From sequence record SRR31156797_5131: a stretch of 38,712 bases of DNA. One strand, 5' to 3'. Shown piece by piece: positions 16,757 to 26,138 of the stretch. Position 1 is the stretch's first letter. Each line of letters begins with the position of its first letter. The notes beneath the pieces are model-generated. The model saw only the letters and a list, made by a program, of their open reading frames with translations. It searched no databases and had not been told where the DNA came from. A program made the position numbers and the translations under genes.

Positions 16757-17811
16757 GCTTGTTTGTGTTTTAATTCGTGATCGAGTAGCCATTGTTTTCT
16801 TTGCAGTCCACCGCCATATCCGGTAAGTTTTCCATCTTTTCCAATCACTCGGTGACAAGGAACAATAATGGAAACTCTATTGTGACCGTTAGCATTTGCC
16901 ATGGCTCTAACTGCTGTTTCCTGATTGATTCGCAAAGCCATTTGTTGATAGGTAGTGGTAGTGCCAAATGGTATTTTTTGCAATTCTTCCCATACCGTGT
17001 GTTGAAATGGGCTGCCTGGTAAATCCAAATTGAGTTGAAACGAGTTTCGGTTCCCTTCGAAATATTCTTTCAATTGCTTTTTACATGCTTTAGAATGCTC
17101 ATTTTCTCCCTGAAGTATTACCGCATTTAGTTTCTTTTGAAGATCTCGAAATTCTGTTTCCAGCATTTTTCTATCGGTAAATTCTACCAAACAGATTCCT
17201 TTATCGGTGGCACATATAAACATGGGTCCCAATGGACTTGTGATTCTGCTAATTAGAATGACTGACTTATCCTTACTCTCTTTTGGAGAATCGCCAACCA
17301 ATACTTTAAAAGTATAGCCAAAACCACTTAAGGAATTGTACCCTGAGTTGAAAGCGGAATCGGTTACCTGTTTTCCTTTTTTGAGTTCCTGAAATGCAGA
17401 GTTAATTCGTAGCATTCTTTGATAAGCCTGAAAGGTCATGTCGTGGTGCTTTTTAAACCATCGTCTGATTTTTTCGGGTTGCAAACCGTTTTGTTTCAAT
17501 TGATAATCACTTACTTTTTCGAATACATTCTGATTGACCAGTTCTATGGCTTTTTTAATATCATCAGGTGGTTCGTAGGCATTATTGGTGGGCTTACAGA
17601 TTTTACAAGGTCTGAAACCATTGTGAAGTGCATCTTTTGATTGCGTGTAAAATTCAATGTTTTCAAACTTGGGCGTTCTTGCACGGCAGGTAGGAATACA
17701 GAATATGCCAGTGGTTTTCACAGCCAGGAAAAAGGTACCAATGTACTGGCTGTTTTTTTCCTTTACCGCTCCATAATATTCCTCTCTTTTTTGCTGATCT
17801 GAAATAAGCAT
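16753..17811 (-). CDS. ada: Bifunctional transcriptional activator/DNA repair protein Ada
   Basis: Zn domain VKTTGIFCIPTC...GFRPCKIC, AraC-type HTH (GYNSLSGF), methyltransferase PCHRV. Confidence 0.95.
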   Translation of the reverse strand: MLISDQQKREEYYGAVKEKNSQYIGTFFLAVKTTGIFCIPTCRARTPKFENIEFYTQSKDALHNGFRPCKICKPTNNAYEPPDDIKKAIELVNQNVFEKVSDYQLKQNGLQPEKIRRWFKKHHDMTFQAYQRMLRINSAFQELKKGKQVTDSAFNSGYNSLSGFGYTFKVLVGDSPKESKDKSVILISRITSPLGPMFICATDKGICLVEFTDRKMLETEFRDLQKKLNAVILQGENEHSKACKKQLKEYFEGNRNSFQLNLDLPGSPFQHTVWEELQKIPFGTTTTYQQMALRINQETAVRAMANANGHNRVSIIVPCHRVIGKDGKLTGYGGGLQRKQWLLDHELKHKQA

Positions 17812-17835
17812 ATTGCTAATGGTTTTGTTCTAACA

Positions 17836-17843
17836 CAAAGATA
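17836..17843 (-). promoter_or_regulatory. -7 promoter box of the ada operon
   Basis: Minus strand TATCTTTG (TAnnTTTG), 24 nt upstream of the ada start. Confidence 0.55.
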
Positions 17844-17943
17844 CCTGCTTCGTTCATGCAGAACAACCGAAAAATGGACAAGTATGTTTTAAGTGGATAG
17901 CAGAGCTTACAAATTTACACCGATATTCTTATTTAAATTTTTC

Positions 17944-18504
17944 TTACAGCCAATGAAGTAGGGTACCTACTATAGCAAAGCAAATTCCTACAATTAGGTT
18001 TATAAAAATGAATTTTCGGCAATTGTAAGCCAAGCGAATCATATTCCAATTCAAATAAAATAGCAATGGAGCAATTAAGAACTTAATGATATCAAGATAG
18101 GGACCAGCTAACATTACTCTCATTTCCTCAAATTTTACAGGATTGTAAGTAAATTGGCTGGTGTTGAAAATAGAAGAGTTGAAGAGTACCAGATAAATAA
18201 ATATTTGTGTGATTCCGAATCTGATATGCCTTGCCTTGTTTTTAACGTGTAAGCGAGCGTTTAAAAACCAGATGAGAATTACAACACCAGAAATATAGGC
18301 TACAAGTCCAAAATAGTGTACAAACAGATGTGCAAGATCAGGATAACTGAGATGCTTGTGAATGAACATTCCTGATCGGATATTCAGCAAACTATTTCCA
18401 ATTGTTCCCAATAAGAACAATATACCGATGATAAGACCAGTATAGAATCTGGCTTTGCCAATGATTTCAATATGTAGTTGTTTTTTGAATTCGATTGTAT
18501 GCAT
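17944..18504 (-). CDS. Hypothetical integral membrane protein
   Basis: 186 aa with about five hydrophobic segments; no recognised family. Confidence 0.7.
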   Translation of the reverse strand: MHTIEFKKQLHIEIIGKARFYTGLIIGILFLLGTIGNSLLNIRSGMFIHKHLSYPDLAHLFVHYFGLVAYISGVVILIWFLNARLHVKNKARHIRFGITQIFIYLVLFNSSIFNTSQFTYNPVKFEEMRVMLAGPYLDIIKFLIAPLLFYLNWNMIRLAYNCRKFIFINLIVGICFAIVGTLLHWL

Positions 18505-18566
18505 ATTACAGATTAATTATTAATCTTGAAGAGAAGCTATGATTAGAGAAATGAGGTAAACAAAGG

Positions 18567-18589
18567 ATGCGACCCCAATGGGATCGCAT
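18567..18589. repeat. REP-like short palindrome
   Basis: ATGCGACCCC-aat-GGGATCGCAT; near copy at 22421-22439. Confidence 0.6.
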
Positions 18590-18596
18590 ACCTAAA

Positions 18597-20498
18597 TTAT
18601 TCTATCACCAAGTGGCGAAATTTTGGATATTTTACTGAATATTTTAATTCGATCTCTTTTTTGAGTGTAGGCAGAAGATTGAACTCCCATTTGACTTCAC
18701 CACTTTGGGAATTGAATTTTCCAGCTGTTTGATTTAAGATATTAACTTCTATTTCTTCCCGTGTAGATACAGGAATCTGGTCGATAAGAATCATCTTGAT
18801 TTCCTGATTTTTATTGTTTTTAATTGTTGTTTTCCAGGCCAATGTTTCCTCTTTGTTTTTTCCAAAACTACGTCTTTCTGAAAAGTCTTTTACCTTTTCT
18901 CTATTTACACTTACTTTCTTGTCTACACCCAATGATATTTGCAGGGTATCAGAAGCATATCGAAGATCTAACAGAGATTTACCAATGTAAGTATCTTCAA
19001 AAAAGATATTGGCTTCTCCATCCAGAAGGTTGTATTTTTCCCAATTCAGAATGTTGGCCAATAAGAAAGCATTTTTATCGATCTTAGGAATGCAATAGTA
19101 TTGGTACTGGGCTGGCAATTCGTAATTGGCCATATCAACAGCAAAGCTAGCATTGCCTGATTTGATAGAGTAGGGTGTTTTAATTTCAAAATTAACAGCA
19201 GTTGTAGTATTTACCTGATCAACCGGAATGGCTAAGCTTGTTTCTCGTTTTTTTACAAATGCATCACCAGTATTTACATATCCTTTTGTGGCAGAATAAT
19301 CTTCTTCCTCGTCATAATCCACAATTTCAAGTTCATCATCTATGTAAGAATCTGTAATCATAAGTTCGTTCATTGCCGATGATTCTTCTTCCAGCGTTAT
19401 ATTCATATTGCTGCCTAGAATGGGTATGGTTTTGGATTTCATCCCTATAAAGGAGTATTCCAATTGACTGGCATTAGATGGAATCGTAATGGAATATTTT
19501 CCATTTGTATTTGTTGCTGTTCTAATGCTGGTTCCTTTAACGAATACGAAAACACCAGGAAGAGGATTACCCTTAATATCTCTTACTATTCCGGTAATGC
19601 TACCTGAGTTCATTTTGTAAACAGGAGGTAGTATGTTGTAATCTAAATAATAGGTTTGCAGTTTAGGTGCTACACCCGAGGTGTTAGGATCAACAGAAGA
19701 AAAAGTAAGTTTTACATTCTTCCAATCTACTCTTGTGTTTTGCTTTACATTGGCCTTGTAAATGAGTTGAATGGGTTCGTTAATATTATTGGCTCTGATA
19801 TCGTAGGTTGGAAACCATCCGGCATTAATCACCATATAATTGAGTTCCATCGGGAAGGATTTAGCTTGTTTGGCATCCACCTTAACCCACACTTCTCCTG
19901 TAGGATATACCTTCTGAGTACTTATCTCGGCAATTTGATTTTGAATGTCTCTTAAGCTCTGCTGAAGCTTTTGTGCAGTACTTTTTCTTTCTATTTCCTT
20001 TAACTTTAAGGCAGTGAGTTTCTTGCTATAATAATCTGCAGTTTGTTGCAAATTGTTAAGTGTAAGTTGTTGGTTTTTGCCTCCAATGTTTCTGTTCTCT
20101 TTTAGGAATGCCAACTCTTCTTTAATGATGGACAGGTAAGTGTTCTCAAGTGTTATTTTTGATTTTATAGTTTCAAGTTTGCTTTCCAATAACTTTATTT
20201 CTTCTGATTTTTCTGCTTTATTCAAGTAGTTTAGCTGATGATTAACAGAAAGTACCGTTAGCTCTCCTTTAGTTTTTAATTGAACACTTTTGGCTTCGAT
20301 AAAAGGAGAGAGTTTGGTAAACTTTATGATGGTTTTTCCTTTAGGAATGGTGATGTTTTTATTGCGAAATACTTGTGCTCCATCTAAAAATACGATGGCT
20401 TCCTTTACTTCGGTTTCTACTTCTTGTTCTGTAATTTCTTGTGCGAATAACAGGTTGTTGAAAATCAGGCTGAAAATTAAAATGCTTATTGTTCTCAT
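18597..20498 (-). CDS. DUF4139/DUF4140 (mucoidy inhibitor MuiA-like) protein with inserted carboxypeptidase-regulatory-like domain
   Basis: Start set to ATG 20498 (signal peptide MRTISIL...LFAQ); VFLDGAQVFR, coiled coil, AGWFPTYDIRA, QNT.VDW.NV.L, G.PLPGV.V.VKGT, LL.GEANIFFE..YIG. Confidence 0.88.
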   Translation of the reverse strand: MRTISILIFSLIFNNLLFAQEITEQEVETEVKEAIVFLDGAQVFRNKNITIPKGKTIIKFTKLSPFIEAKSVQLKTKGELTVLSVNHQLNYLNKAEKSEEIKLLESKLETIKSKITLENTYLSIIKEELAFLKENRNIGGKNQQLTLNNLQQTADYYSKKLTALKLKEIERKSTAQKLQQSLRDIQNQIAEISTQKVYPTGEVWVKVDAKQAKSFPMELNYMVINAGWFPTYDIRANNINEPIQLIYKANVKQNTRVDWKNVKLTFSSVDPNTSGVAPKLQTYYLDYNILPPVYKMNSGSITGIVRDIKGNPLPGVFVFVKGTSIRTATNTNGKYSITIPSNASQLEYSFIGMKSKTIPILGSNMNITLEEESSAMNELMITDSYIDDELEIVDYDEEEDYSATKGYVNTGDAFVKKRETSLAIPVDQVNTTTAVNFEIKTPYSIKSGNASFAVDMANYELPAQYQYYCIPKIDKNAFLLANILNWEKYNLLDGEANIFFEDTYIGKSLLDLRYASDTLQISLGVDKKVSVNREKVKDFSERRSFGKNKEETLAWKTTIKNNKNQEIKMILIDQIPVSTREEIEVNILNQTAGKFNSQSGEVKWEFNLLPTLKKEIELKYSVKYPKFRHLVIE

Positions 20499-20576
20499 AA
20501 TTATAGTTTTCTTGTAGGATGCAACAAGATTGATGATTCCATAAAATGGATTGAAAAAAATTACTACCAATTAAAA

Positions 20577-22238
20577 TCAAGGATTGAATCTTAGAGGTGG
20601 TGGAGGTGTGAATTTAGGACCTGAATTTAACTGATGAAAGTGATTCATATGATTGAAGAAGTGATTGTAATTAAAAGGCTGTCTATAGAAGCGTACTATG
20701 CTAAAATCGAATGGTAATACGAATTCGCAAAATTGTTTTGTTTTATGGTATTTGTAAACTTTAAATTTGTTGAACACCCTCTGGTTTGCTCGAAAATTCT
20801 CAATACTTAAACTTGTTGTGTTTTCTCCAAGCAAAAATTCACGAACCATTGAATCTATTTGTGGATGAATGCTGTTTAAAAGTTTACAATCAACCATTCG
20901 TCCCTTCTTGTTAACAATTATTGATGCAAGTATGATGCCTTGGGCATTAACGCTTAAAGCTTCTTCGTAGTTTTTATTGGATAAGAAATATTCCAGGTTT
21001 TTTTGTAAGGTTTTGGTTTTAAATTTGAAGTTAGGATTGGTGATTTGATAGATGGTATCACCTTTATGAATCCTATATGAAGCTTCCAGTTTTTTGTCTT
21101 TATAGACCTGTATATATTCCAGATCTCTATACTTATCGCTTCTGATAATGGTTTTACACGAATCTAATAGAGGAATGGTGTTATTGTTTGAATCCTCAAT
21201 AGAATCGTACTTAATTGTTGTTACATACGGACTAAAAGTATCTCGTTTAGTCTTATAGTATTGGTAGCTGTCAGTTAATTGACCCAATATATTATAGGAT
21301 TTGACTTGTTTGATCTTATTGTTTTTGTACCTAATGCATTTCCTTTTGATACCATCAGGATAGAATGCCTTAAACTCACCATCTTTTACATTTGGATAGA
21401 AAGAGCTGTAGTTAATGCTATAAAGCTTTACACTATCCTGGTAATAATCGATAGTCCAAATTGAATCCTGAATATTAGTGATATTCGCGTGATATATGGC
21501 ATTATTTATATTCCTGGTTTCTTGCCAGTATTGATCGTATAATATAGGTTCAGAATTTTTGTACTTATATTCATACTCAGCATATTTAATCGCGGATACC
21601 ATGCTCTCAGCTTTAATTTCTCCTGATAAGATTTGTTTTTTGATATAAGGTAAATGTCCAAAATACTGTAAGGCTTTTTCTTCAAACTTTCTGTTGTCAG
21701 GAAAATTATCCCAAAGCATTTTGTCCTTCTCCTTTATCATGAAGGTTTCTTTTATCGATTTGCTATCAGGCAACTGTAACGCAAAGGTTGAATTGAAATG
21801 ATAGTGCTTTGCAAATTTTTTGCCTTCAAATTCGGTTATGTATTGAACAAATTGAGGTTTTGTTTGCAGCTTACCTCGCAAGTAATAATTGGAAACGACA
21901 AAAAAGGAATCTACCCCAATCACAAAGTTCTTAACCAAATCGGGAGTCAGCTTAGTCCTCCTATATGAACCTTTTTCTTTGAAAAATATCTTTTTGTTTT
22001 CAAATTTTATGAGCCCTTCCACTTTCTTACCATTCGCATTGTAATAGTGACCAACTTCATAGGAATCCGAATAATGAACTTTGCTCAACTTGTTTTTTGG
22101 CGAATAAGTCAAGGGGTCAAAAAAACCATTCATTGCTTGACCGTTAATGTCGTAATGTAAACCTACAGGCGTTTGAGAGTTAGAATACTTCACCAATAGC
22201 AGTAGTGCAAGTAAAATAGTGATCTGGAAGTTCTTCAT
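20577..22238 (-). CDS. Exported hypothetical protein with MORN-like segment and possible TonB C-terminal-like domain
   Basis: Signal peptide; KDGEFKAFYPDG; EEALSVNAQG.I....IVNKKG.......SIHP.ID; Pro-rich tail. Confidence 0.65.
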   Translation of the reverse strand: MKNFQITILLALLLLVKYSNSQTPVGLHYDINGQAMNGFFDPLTYSPKNKLSKVHYSDSYEVGHYYNANGKKVEGLIKFENKKIFFKEKGSYRRTKLTPDLVKNFVIGVDSFFVVSNYYLRGKLQTKPQFVQYITEFEGKKFAKHYHFNSTFALQLPDSKSIKETFMIKEKDKMLWDNFPDNRKFEEKALQYFGHLPYIKKQILSGEIKAESMVSAIKYAEYEYKYKNSEPILYDQYWQETRNINNAIYHANITNIQDSIWTIDYYQDSVKLYSINYSSFYPNVKDGEFKAFYPDGIKRKCIRYKNNKIKQVKSYNILGQLTDSYQYYKTKRDTFSPYVTTIKYDSIEDSNNNTIPLLDSCKTIIRSDKYRDLEYIQVYKDKKLEASYRIHKGDTIYQITNPNFKFKTKTLQKNLEYFLSNKNYEEALSVNAQGIILASIIVNKKGRMVDCKLLNSIHPQIDSMVREFLLGENTTSLSIENFRANQRVFNKFKVYKYHKTKQFCEFVLPFDFSIVRFYRQPFNYNHFFNHMNHFHQLNSGPKFTPPPPLRFNP

Positions 22239-22369
22239 TTAATAAAAATACTTAAAGAGGTTAGGTTAGCTACATAATAATTAGGCATCCCAATTTATTT
22301 AAAAGCATTTATTAAACAAAATAGAATGAATGTAAATTAATAGAGGGATAGGTGAATATTTGGTATGGA

Positions 22370-22484
22370 ACAATCCCAGAGGGATTGTATGATTATAGAA
22401 GATGATATAAATAGGACATTCGATCCCGATGGGATCGCACTCATATCCTGTCAATAATACTATATATATGAATCCTTTGGATTC
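22370..22484. repeat. Composite REP-like element of three tri-loop hairpins
   Basis: ACAATCCC-aga-GGGATTGT (22370-22388), CGATCCC-gat-GGGATCG (22421-22437), GAATCC-ttt-GGATTC (22470-22484). Confidence 0.7.
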
Positions 22485-22536
22485 TACTCTAGGCGAGAAC
22501 CATTTGAAAACTTCGCCAGTGCTGTCAGCTTTAAAC

Positions 22537-23988
22537 CTATTTTACCATTCCAGCTTTTTCGATAAATGCTTTTGCTTTCTCCGGTTCCGATTGTGTAAGA
22601 TAACTTATCAATACGAAAATAATGGCTGAACCAATCATGCCGACTGCAGCTTGTTGAACCGAAGCAATTTCCCATGGAGTAGGGAGTTGAAGACCTAAGG
22701 CTACCAGTAAATTGTAAGTGGAAAAAAGTAGGCCAAATACAATTGAACAAGCCGCTGCAGTGGAGTTTCCTCGCTTCCAAATAAAGGCTAGTATCAAGGG
22801 AACGAAAGCTCCTGTTGCCAGAAAGTCGGAACCAATCCAGGCGATTCTTAGAATGGAGCGAATTTCGAGCGCAATTAGTAAGCCCAGAATTGCAATTACC
22901 AGAGTTGAGATTTTTCCCATCCAAACCATTTGTGAGGAATTGGCATTGGGTAGAATTCTACTTTTTATAATGTCTACACTTAGTACCAGAGCTCCTGTGT
23001 TTACCATGGAATCCATGGTTGACATGATAGCAGAGCACAAGCCCACAAATAGCAAGGCTGCCATTCCCATTGGCATGTAATCCACGATAAAAGCAGCTAC
23101 AATACCACCTTCGGGAACTGTATCGTATAAGCCGACGGTTAACATTCCCGTTAAAGTAACAATAAGGTAGAGCGGAATGAATACGAAAAAAGAGAGCGAC
23201 ATCATCTTTTTGGCATCATCAGGTGTTTTGGTAGCGGATATTCTTTGCCAGATATTGGCTTGAATCATCCAGGAACAACCAAAGGTGATGATGAATACAA
23301 AGTTGCCGGATATGTTGTGAAAGAAAGAGAAAAATTCTGGTTTGTTTGTATTCATGGCTATTTGGTGCACTTTTTCAAATCCACCCGAATGGTGATAAGC
23401 AAATGCAAATAAGGCAATGGCAGCAATCAATAAAAAGACAAATTGAATAATATCAGTAACTACAACTCCTTTAAAACCACCAAAAAATGAATAGACCAAA
23501 ACGATTAGCGTACCGATTAAAGCTGCTACTTTGTAATCCACATCAAAAAAGGATTGGAAGAATCTGCCAATAACAACAGCCTGAGTGGCTACGCCCAATA
23601 TCATGAAAATCAGGATTAGGATGGATAGGAGCAGAGCAACTTTTCTGTCATAGCGCTCTTCCATTAATTGCGGTTGAGTAATGGTGCCTATTTTTCGTAT
23701 TCCTTTCGAGAATAGAAACATTAAAAAAGTAGAGAAAAGTACTGGCATTCCATAGATCCAAAAGGAACTGATTCCCTGATTGAAACCATGATCCACCAAA
23801 TCGATTGCAGATCCGCCTCCCCACCAGGAAGCAATGAAAGTGATAGATAGTGCCCAAAAAGGAAGTTGTCTTCCAGCCAAAAAATAATCTTCGGTGTTCT
23901 TGCTGGCTTTCGATCGCAAAACGATAAATAGGATGGCAATAAAGTAAGCAACCAGAAGGACTATGGATATATTTTGAAGCTGATTCAT
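22537..23988 (-). CDS. Sodium:solute symporter family protein
   Basis: Start set to ATG 23988; DYFLAGRQL, EERY, YS.FGG.KGVV.TDIIQF, WQRI.A.K, SAIMSTMDS; about 13 TM segments. Confidence 0.95.
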   Translation of the reverse strand: MNQLQNISIVLLVAYFIAILFIVLRSKASKNTEDYFLAGRQLPFWALSITFIASWWGGGSAIDLVDHGFNQGISSFWIYGMPVLFSTFLMFLFSKGIRKIGTITQPQLMEERYDRKVALLLSILILIFMILGVATQAVVIGRFFQSFFDVDYKVAALIGTLIVLVYSFFGGFKGVVVTDIIQFVFLLIAAIALFAFAYHHSGGFEKVHQIAMNTNKPEFFSFFHNISGNFVFIITFGCSWMIQANIWQRISATKTPDDAKKMMSLSFFVFIPLYLIVTLTGMLTVGLYDTVPEGGIVAAFIVDYMPMGMAALLFVGLCSAIMSTMDSMVNTGALVLSVDIIKSRILPNANSSQMVWMGKISTLVIAILGLLIALEIRSILRIAWIGSDFLATGAFVPLILAFIWKRGNSTAAACSIVFGLLFSTYNLLVALGLQLPTPWEIASVQQAAVGMIGSAIIFVLISYLTQSEPEKAKAFIEKAGMVK

Positions 23989-24064
23989 ATATTGAGATCT
24001 AAATTGAAATGTGTTAATTGCTATTCTCGCAAACTGCAAATGTACAATACAGAATTTCTATTTG

Positions 24065-24946
24065 CTATGAATAATGCGGTTTACCACAGCATTTCTTGAA
24101 TTTAAGTCCACTATTGCAAGGGCAAGGACTGTTTCTGCCAATACTCTGTTTTGATTTCATCAATTTACGAGTTGACATGTTTTGATTGAAAATCTCCTCA
24201 AGTAAGCGGTAGAGTTCAGGATGAGATTGTTTTAAAAGTTTTGGTCTTTCGAAAAAGTACTCACTAATAACGGCGAAAAACTCTGCTTTATTGGTGCCTC
24301 CATAAGGATTGATGTCTGATTTGTTTTCATAGATTTCATCAATCTTTTTCGATATTAAATCTACCCAGGGCAATGCAAATTGGTTGTTTACCAATACCTC
24401 AGGAATGCCATCAACGTTGCCATCCAATTTGTCGATTAAATGTACAAACTCGTGAATGGCAGTATTTTTTTTATCAGATCCGTTCGAAAATCCATGATGA
24501 AGTGCTCGTTGAGACAGAATCATTTTGCCTTCCATATACCCCGAGCCTACCATGCCTAATATTCTGGAATCTTCTCCATTGGTTTCAAATTTATCGTTGA
24601 AACTGCTTGGGTAAATTAATACTTCGAACAGATTGGTGTATTTCCAGTGAGGGAATTCAAATACCGGAATTATGGCGCTAGCAGCAACCAAGACTTCATC
24701 GGTAGTATCCGTTGAGGTATTGATACCAGTAATTCTACAATTCAGTAGAAACTCATGTAGCTTAAATTCGAATCTTGTCTTTTCATCGGCAGATAAGCTA
24801 TTGTAAAAATTCACTTTTGAGATTAATATTTTTCTCCAATCGCCTGGAAATGGAGTTTTAGGCGTTTTCCATGTCTTGTTATTCCAAAGCTTTCTGAATA
24901 AGTAATAGGCAAGTGACAGGAGAATAAGCAGGTAGATAATTTTCAT
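24065..24946 (-). CDS. MtfA/M90-like zinc-dependent peptidase with C-terminal SEC-C motif
   Basis: IHEFVHLID..DG..DG.P, YG.TN.AEFFAV.SEYFFERP, GRNSPCPCNSGLKFKKCCG; N-terminal membrane anchor. Confidence 0.9.
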   Translation of the reverse strand: MKIIYLLILLSLAYYLFRKLWNNKTWKTPKTPFPGDWRKILISKVNFYNSLSADEKTRFEFKLHEFLLNCRITGINTSTDTTDEVLVAASAIIPVFEFPHWKYTNLFEVLIYPSSFNDKFETNGEDSRILGMVGSGYMEGKMILSQRALHHGFSNGSDKKNTAIHEFVHLIDKLDGNVDGIPEVLVNNQFALPWVDLISKKIDEIYENKSDINPYGGTNKAEFFAVISEYFFERPKLLKQSHPELYRLLEEIFNQNMSTRKLMKSKQSIGRNSPCPCNSGLKFKKCCGKPHYS

Positions 24947-25062
24947 AATTGATGTGAGAGGTTTAAATGTATAGCTTAGTAAATTTTTACGGATCCTAAA
25001 TTAGAAAACTTGTTATGACTTAGCAATAATGTTTTATCAAATTGTATCTTATTTTAGAATAA

Positions 25063-25109
25063 AGATCGTGACCGATCTAAAATAAGTATATTCGTATCGC
25101 AAACGATAC
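25063..25109. promoter_or_regulatory. Two palindromic operators (ATCG-N4-CGAT), probable OhrR/MarR sites
   Basis: AGATCG-tgac-CGATCT (25063-25078) and GTATCG-caaa-CGATAC (25094-25109), immediately upstream of the peroxidase-MarR pair. Confidence 0.7.
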
Positions 25110-25119
25110 AAATAAAGAA

Positions 25120-25602
25120 ATGGAAAAAAGTTTTTATGATTTTACAGCCAAAAGTCTACAGGGCAAAGAGCTTAGCATGAGAAATTTTGAGGGGAAAATG
25201 GTTCTGCTTGTGAATACGGCAAGCAAATGTGGATTAACTCCTCAGTACAAAGGCTTGGAGGAATTGTATCAAAAATATAAAGAGGATGGTTTGATCATTC
25301 TTGGATTTCCTTGCAATCAATTTGGAAATCAGGAGCCAGGAGATGCTAAAACCATATCCGAAGGCTGTTTAATCAATTATGGAGTGAGCTTTCCTATGTT
25401 TGAAAAGATTGAGGTGAATGGCGAGAATGCACATCCTTTGTATCAGTATCTTAAAAAGGAATTGAAAGGATTTTTAGGAGGGAGTATCAAATGGAATTTT
25501 ACAAAATTTCTGATGGATAGAGATGGAAAAGCAATAAAACGATTTGCACCGACTACCAAGCCAGAAAAAATAGGGAAGTTTTTAGAAAAACTTTTGAAAT
25601 AG
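25120..25602 (+). CDS. Glutathione peroxidase
   Basis: [37 protein letters not shown]. Confidence 0.97.
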   Translation: MEKSFYDFTAKSLQGKELSMRNFEGKMVLLVNTASKCGLTPQYKGLEELYQKYKEDGLIILGFPCNQFGNQEPGDAKTISEGCLINYGVSFPMFEKIEVNGENAHPLYQYLKKELKGFLGGSIKWNFTKFLMDRDGKAIKRFAPTTKPEKIGKFLEKLLK

Positions 25603-25656
25603 TGCTGGAATTGTAACAATTTTGTTGCTTCATAAAATTAACATATAGAATTCGTA

Positions 25657-26097
25657 ATGAGTTTTGATCAACTTAAATTAGATAATCAACTGTGTTTTCA
25701 CTTGTATGCAGCTTCACGCCTGATTACAAGAGAGTATCAACCTTTTTTAGATGAATTGGGGATTACTTACCCGCAATATTTGGTATTTATGGTGCTGTGG
25801 GAAAAGGATGGAGTAACAGTGAACGATATTTCTCAAAAGCTAATATTGAATACCAATACGGTAACGCCTCTACTAAAGAGAATGGAAACATCTGGTTTTA
25901 TTAGTCGCGAACGTTGCAGTGAGGACGAAAGAAGAGTGATTGTAAAATTGACCGAGAAGGGGAGAGCTATGGAAAAGGAGGCTGCAAAAATTCCGAAAGG
26001 CATTTCCTCTTGTATTTTATCGGATGAAATGAAAATGGAAGATTTGATGGAATTAAAAGACAAGCTGCATGAACTGATTGATGTTCTTAAGAAATAA
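25657..26097 (+). CDS. ohrR: OhrR-like MarR family regulator
   Basis: LDNQLCF.LYAASR, LGITYPQYLV.MVLWE, TPLLKRME..G.I.R.R...DER.V.V.LT..G. Confidence 0.9.
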   Translation: MSFDQLKLDNQLCFHLYAASRLITREYQPFLDELGITYPQYLVFMVLWEKDGVTVNDISQKLILNTNTVTPLLKRMETSGFISRERCSEDERRVIVKLTEKGRAMEKEAAKIPKGISSCILSDEMKMEDLMELKDKLHELIDVLKK

Positions 26098-26135
26098 AAA
26101 GAGCCTGAAATAATTTTTTCAGGCTCTTCTTTTTT
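26096..26135. terminator. Bidirectional Rho-independent terminator
   Basis: AAGAGCCTGAAA / TTTCAGGCTCTT flanked by A and T runs between convergent genes. Confidence 0.85.
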
Positions 26136-26138
26136 GGT

